The notes under the pieces are model-generated. The model searched no databases. It was not told where the DNA came from and saw nothing but the letters and a program-made list of their open reading frames with translations. A program made the translations under genes and the position numbers. 18,028 nucleotides of DNA from Kofleriaceae bacterium (GTDB lineage Bacteria > Myxococcota_A > Polyangia > Haliangiales > Haliangiaceae). Shown here piece after piece: positions 9,383-18,028 of this stretch; position 1 is the stretch's first letter, and each line of letters opens with the position of its first letter. The stretch covers positions 1 through 18,028 of the forward strand of contig JBKJLC010000081.1 in NCBI GenBank assembly GCA_046597055.1. Direction: 5' to 3'.

Positions 9383-9424
9383 TCAGGTTGACAGGCGTGC
9401 CACCTCCGCTGGCATGCTGGACCC

Positions 9425-14416
<4,992 letters not shown>

Positions 14417-14427
14417 TACGGTCGGGC

Positions 14428-15144
14428 GTGCCGATCGCGCCTCACCCGTACCGCATCGACGATCGCGATCATGTCGGCTTCCTGGCCGTGCCCGACGGCG
14501 ACGCCGGGCCGCGCCCGGGCGTGCTGGTCTTCCCCGAGGCGTTCGGCGTGGTCGAGCACGCGCGCGCCAAAGCCAGCCAGCTCGCCCAGCTCGGCTACGT
14601 CGCCCTCGCCGTCGACCTGTACGGCGGCGGCCAGACCTTCACCGAGCTCGAGCCGGCCCGCGCCGCCACGGCGGTGCTGCGCGCCAACCGCCGCGAGTGG
14701 CGCAAGCGCGCGCGTGCTGGCTACGACACGCTGGCCGCGCACCCGGCGGTCGACGGCGCCCGCCTGGCGGCGATCGGCTTCTGCTTCGGCGGCGCCTCGG
14801 CGATCGAGCTGGCGCGCGCCGGGGCACCGCTGGCGGCGGTCGCGACCTTCCACGCCGCGATCACCCTGCGGATGGCCGACGACCCGCCGTTTCGCAGCAG
14901 CGTGCTGATCTGCGTCGGCGCGGCCGACCCGCTGATCCCGGCCGACACCGTGCACGCGCTCTGCCGCGAGCTCGACCAGGGCGGCGCCGACTGGCAGGTG
15001 CACACCTACGGCGCCACCGTGCACAGCTTCACCAACCCGGCGTCGACCGCCCTCGGCCGGCCCGACACCTTCGGCTACGCGCCGGCCGCCGACCGCCGCT
15101 CGTGGGCCGCGCTCGAACAGCTCCTGCGCGAAGCGCTCACGTGA
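14428..15144 (+). CDS. Dienelactone hydrolase family protein
   Basis: PGVLVFPEAFG, GYVALAVDLYG, nucleophile elbow GFCFGG, GAADPL, and YGATVHSFTN (Cys-Asp-His triad). Confidence 0.92.
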   Translation: MPIAPHPYRIDDRDHVGFLAVPDGDAGPRPGVLVFPEAFGVVEHARAKASQLAQLGYVALAVDLYGGGQTFTELEPARAATAVLRANRREWRKRARAGYDTLAAHPAVDGARLAAIGFCFGGASAIELARAGAPLAAVATFHAAITLRMADDPPFRSSVLICVGAADPLIPADTVHALCRELDQGGADWQVHTYGATVHSFTNPASTALGRPDTFGYAPAADRRSWAALEQLLREALT

Positions 15145-15174
15145 CCGGTCACGCGGGATGCGGACGGCGGCGCG

Positions 15175-16104
15175 CTACGGCGGGGCCGGGTCGCCGCGGC
15201 GGGCCAGCCGCTCGAGGCCCGCGCGGGCGTGGTCGGCGACCGCGGGGTCACGGTGGCTCGCCAGGACCTCGAGGAAGTCGCGGGCGTCGGCGCCGCCGAT
15301 CGTGGTGACCGCCTCGACGACCGTCGCCAGCGCGGTGCGGTCGGCCACGTCGGCGATCGCGGTCAGCGCCGGCACCGCGCGCGGATCGCGCAGGGCCGCC
15401 AGCGCGGTGATCGCGGCCGCGCGCAGCGACGGTTCGCGCTCGAGCCAGGGCACGACCGCGTCGGAAAGCCCAGGCGCCGGCGGCCGGCTGGCGACCAGCT
15501 GCAGCGCCCACAGGGCCAGCGCCGGATCGGCGCCGGTGAGCGCGGGTCGCAGGTCCTCGGTCGACCACAGCGTGATCCGTGCGCCCAGGTCGGCGCACAC
15601 CGCCTCCTGCAGGCGCAGCGTGACCGCGACCACCGCGGTCTCGACGATGCCGCCGATCGGGGTGGCATCGCCAATGACGATCGCGGCCGGCGCCGGGGCG
15701 TCGCCGCTCGCCCAGGTGAGCTGCGCGTCCATGACGACCGCGATCTTGGCGCACGGCGCGGGGCAGTCCGCGGCGACCTCGACCCGCAGCCGCGCCGGGC
15801 GCGGGCTGCGGCCGGGTGGCACCTGGCTGGGCAGTGGGACCAATCGCCCGCCGTCGACCAGGCAGCGGGCCAGATCGCGGCCGAGCTCGCGGCCGAGCAG
15901 CGCGGTCTCGGCGGCGCCGCGCAAGCGGACCTCGACCTCGTCGAGCACGACGGTCTCGAGCACCGGCGCCGGGTCGACCGCGGCGGGCGCCGGCTCGGTC
16001 ACGGTGGTGGGGGCGGCGTCACCGGCCGGGGGCTTGCCCCGGCTGCCCCCGCGGCAGGCCGTCGGCGCGAGGCCAAGCACCAGGAAGAACAGCGCCCGGC
16101 TCAC
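15175..16104 (-). CDS. HEAT-repeat-containing putative lipoprotein
   Basis: Signal peptide with lipobox-like PTA-C and C-terminal HEAT/PBS-like repeats (LRAAAITALAALRDPRAVPAL). GTGA overlap with the GNAT stop. Confidence 0.75.
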   Translation of the reverse strand: MSRALFFLVLGLAPTACRGGSRGKPPAGDAAPTTVTEPAPAAVDPAPVLETVVLDEVEVRLRGAAETALLGRELGRDLARCLVDGGRLVPLPSQVPPGRSPRPARLRVEVAADCPAPCAKIAVVMDAQLTWASGDAPAPAAIVIGDATPIGGIVETAVVAVTLRLQEAVCADLGARITLWSTEDLRPALTGADPALALWALQLVASRPPAPGLSDAVVPWLEREPSLRAAAITALAALRDPRAVPALTAIADVADRTALATVVEAVTTIGGADARDFLEVLASHRDPAVADHARAGLERLARRGDPAPP

Positions 16105-16586
16105 AGCTCCTTATAATAGGTGATGAGCGCGTCGCCAGGCGCGTAGAAGTCGCGCAGCCGGGCGACCTCGGGATACCCGAGTCGCGCGTAGAGCCGGCGC
16201 GCCGCCCCGTATCCCTCGGTCTCGCTGGTCTCGACCCGGACCTGGCCGCCGCCACGGCCGCGCAGGCTCGCCTCCATCGCCGCGACCAGCGCGCCCGCCA
16301 GCCCGCGCCCACGCGCACGCTCGTGGACGATCACCCAGTACAGATCGTAGGTTCGCGCCGTCATCGGGGTGCGCCCGAAGCACACGTACCCGACCACCCC
16401 GGTGGCGTCGACCGCGACCAGCACCTCGTAGTCGGTGGTGCTCTCGATCGCCGAGTCGACCAGCTCGAGCGCGACCTCCTGCTCGTCGGACTTGAAGGTC
16501 GCGTCCGACCCGATCACCGCGAGCAGGCCGTCGCGATCGCCGGGCTCGACCGGTCGGATCGCGGCGTCGGTCGCTCGGTCGGTCAC
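16101..16586 (-). CDS. GNAT family N-acetyltransferase
   Basis: The C-terminal 161 aa of the listed 605-aa ORF: VVGYVCFG, YDLYWVIVHERARGRGLAGAL (acetyl-CoA motif A), VETS and ARRLYARLGY. GTG 16586 overlaps the stop of the ATP-grasp gene. Confidence 0.9.
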   Translation of the reverse strand: MTDRATDAAIRPVEPGDRDGLLAVIGSDATFKSDEQEVALELVDSAIESTTDYEVLVAVDATGVVGYVCFGRTPMTARTYDLYWVIVHERARGRGLAGALVAAMEASLRGRGGGQVRVETSETEGYGAARRLYARLGYPEVARLRDFYAPGDALITYYKEL

Positions 16587-17608
16587 GGCTGGCCTCGGCC
16601 GGCCCGACGCCAGGCCAGCTCGGCGATCCGCGAGACCAGCGCCGGGTAGCTCATGCCGGCGACCGCCGCCGCGCGCGCGACCCCGGCGTCCGGCGAGATG
16701 TCGCAGTTGGGATTGACGTCGATCACCCACGGCACGCCGGCGGCGTCGATGCGCAGGTCGATGCGGCCGTAGTCGCGCAGCCCGACCGCGTGCCACGCCG
16801 CGCGCGCGGTCTGCTCGATCGCGGCCTGCAGCGCCGGCGATGCATCGCGGATCGGCACCGGCCGGGTGCCGTCGTAGTCGACGTGGGCCTCGTCCCACTT
16901 GGCCGCATAGCTGACGATGTGAGGGCGCCCGGCCGGCATCGCGGCGAAGTCGATCTCGTGCATTGGCAACATCTCGACGTGGGGGCCCCAGCCGAGCAGC
17001 GTGACGTTGACCTCGCGGCCCTCGACGTAGCGCTCGGCCAGGAGCGGCGAGCCGAACTCGGCGAGCAGCGCCTTGGCCCGGGCCGCCAGCGCCGCGCCGT
17101 CGACCAGCACGTTGGCCTCGGTGATGCCGACCGAGGCGTCCTCGTTGGCGAGCTTGAGGAACCACGGGTAGTCGAGCGGCTCGGCGGCGACCCGCTCGAC
17201 GTCGGCGAGGGTGGCCATGACCCGGTAGGGCGGGGTCGCGATGCCGCGGCCGATCAGGACGTCCTTGGTCCGCGGCTTGAACAGCGCCATGCCGAGGCCC
17301 ATGGTGTCGCTGCCGGTGTAGGCGATGCCGTGGAGGTCGAGCACCGCCGGCACCGCCAGCTCGTTGCGGGCGACGCCGCACAGCGACTCGCACAGGTTGA
17401 AGACCAGATCGGGCTGGTCGCGCACGAGCCGGCCGAGGACCTCCACGAGGTCGCGGCCCTGCATCGAGACCAGATCGGCGTCGTGGCCGGCGACCACCAG
17501 CGCGTCGCGGATGGCCTGGGCCGAGGCGCGCACCGCGGCGGCGTCGGCGCCAGCGCCGGCGATGAACTCGAAGTCGTTGTTGAACAGCACCGCGATGCGA
17601 AGGCCCAC
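16583..17608 (-). CDS. D-Ala-D-Ala ligase-like ATP-grasp enzyme (non-canonical subfamily)
   Basis: PDLVFNLCES, YTGS, FLKLANEDASVGI, ERYVEGREVNV, SYAAKW, RDYGRIDLR and IDVNPN. It lacks the canonical Ddl GG.S.E and HG..GEDG motifs. Confidence 0.88.
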   Translation of the reverse strand: MGLRIAVLFNNDFEFIAGAGADAAAVRASAQAIRDALVVAGHDADLVSMQGRDLVEVLGRLVRDQPDLVFNLCESLCGVARNELAVPAVLDLHGIAYTGSDTMGLGMALFKPRTKDVLIGRGIATPPYRVMATLADVERVAAEPLDYPWFLKLANEDASVGITEANVLVDGAALAARAKALLAEFGSPLLAERYVEGREVNVTLLGWGPHVEMLPMHEIDFAAMPAGRPHIVSYAAKWDEAHVDYDGTRPVPIRDASPALQAAIEQTARAAWHAVGLRDYGRIDLRIDAAGVPWVIDVNPNCDISPDAGVARAAAVAGMSYPALVSRIAELAWRRAGRGQP

Positions 17609-17614
17609 GCACCG

Positions 17615-17620
17615 ATTCTA
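17615..17620 (-). promoter_or_regulatory. -10 element TAGAAT, 6 nt before the GTG of the ATP-grasp gene (probable leaderless promoter)
   Basis: The minus strand reads TAGAAT-cggtgc-GTG; it lies in an AT-rich patch within very GC-rich DNA, with no SD. Confidence 0.6.
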
Positions 17621-17671
17621 CATGATTGTGATCTGCCCGTGCCGGCTCGCGTTTTCGCTGGCGTGGCTGCG

Positions 17672-18028
17672 CTACAGGCCGAGCGCGGCCGCGAGGCGCG
17701 GACCGACGCGCGCGGCCATGACCGAGACGGGCGGCGGTGGCGGCAGCCCGCGCGTGGCACAGGCCTCGGCGAGCGAGACCACCGGCGTCGGCAGGCCGCA
17801 CGGCACGATCGCCGACCAGGCGTCGGCGGGCGTGGCCAGGTTCCACGCCCAGCCGTGGATCGCGACCTGCCGGCGGAGGTGCAGGCCGCACGCGGCCAGC
17901 TTCGCGCCGTCGAGCCACAGCCCGGCCGGCTCGCGGCGGAACGCGGCGCCGTCGACGCCGAGCTCGGCGCAGGCCTCGGCGAGCACGCCGGCGACCGCAG
18001 CCAGGAAGCTGATCACGCCCGCACGCAG
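17672..18028 (-). CDS. lipB: Lipoyl(octanoyl) transferase LipB, C-terminal part (partial)
   Basis: GLWLDGAKLAACGL, IHGWAWN and IVPCGL match the LipB catalytic Lys and Cys motifs; the frame is open to the window end. Confidence 0.88.
   Translation of the reverse strand: MRAGVISFLAAVAGVLAEACAELGVDGAAFRREPAGLWLDGAKLAACGLHLRRQVAIHGWAWNLATPADAWSAIVPCGLPTPVVSLAEACATRGLPPPPPVSVMAARVGPRLAAALGL

Noticed and set aside
16587..17918. 605-aa ORF as an ATP-grasp/GNAT fusion or frameshift product
   Set aside because: The upstream part is an Arg-rich shadow frame over the ligase and lipB; the GNAT has its own coupled GTG at 16586.

Overview
Very GC-rich bacterial DNA whose gene content suggests a myxobacterium (Myxococcota; this is an inference). 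The window opens with the 3' end of a group II intron: the last 29 codons of a probable intron-encoded RT/maturase, a clear domain V hairpin, and a domain VI hairpin with a bulged A. The predicted intron terminus (...CTACCAAT, 214) overlaps the ATG of the downstream EAL-domain gene. The rest is mostly housekeeping and envelope genes: a membrane protein with a GGGYPPQ-repeat tail, yfgM-like and bamB-like genes, a small beta-barrel OMP, era-der, a small membrane protein and a tail-anchored coiled-coil protein. These are followed by a 1663-aa Ser/Thr kinase-TPR-GAF-sigma54 activator, a dienelactone hydrolase, a Ddl-like ATP-grasp/GNAT/HEAT-lipoprotein operon and a partial lipB. Several first-in-operon genes have a TANNNT-like hexamer 5-6 nt before the start codon and no properly spaced Shine-Dalgarno, which suggests widespread leaderless transcription.
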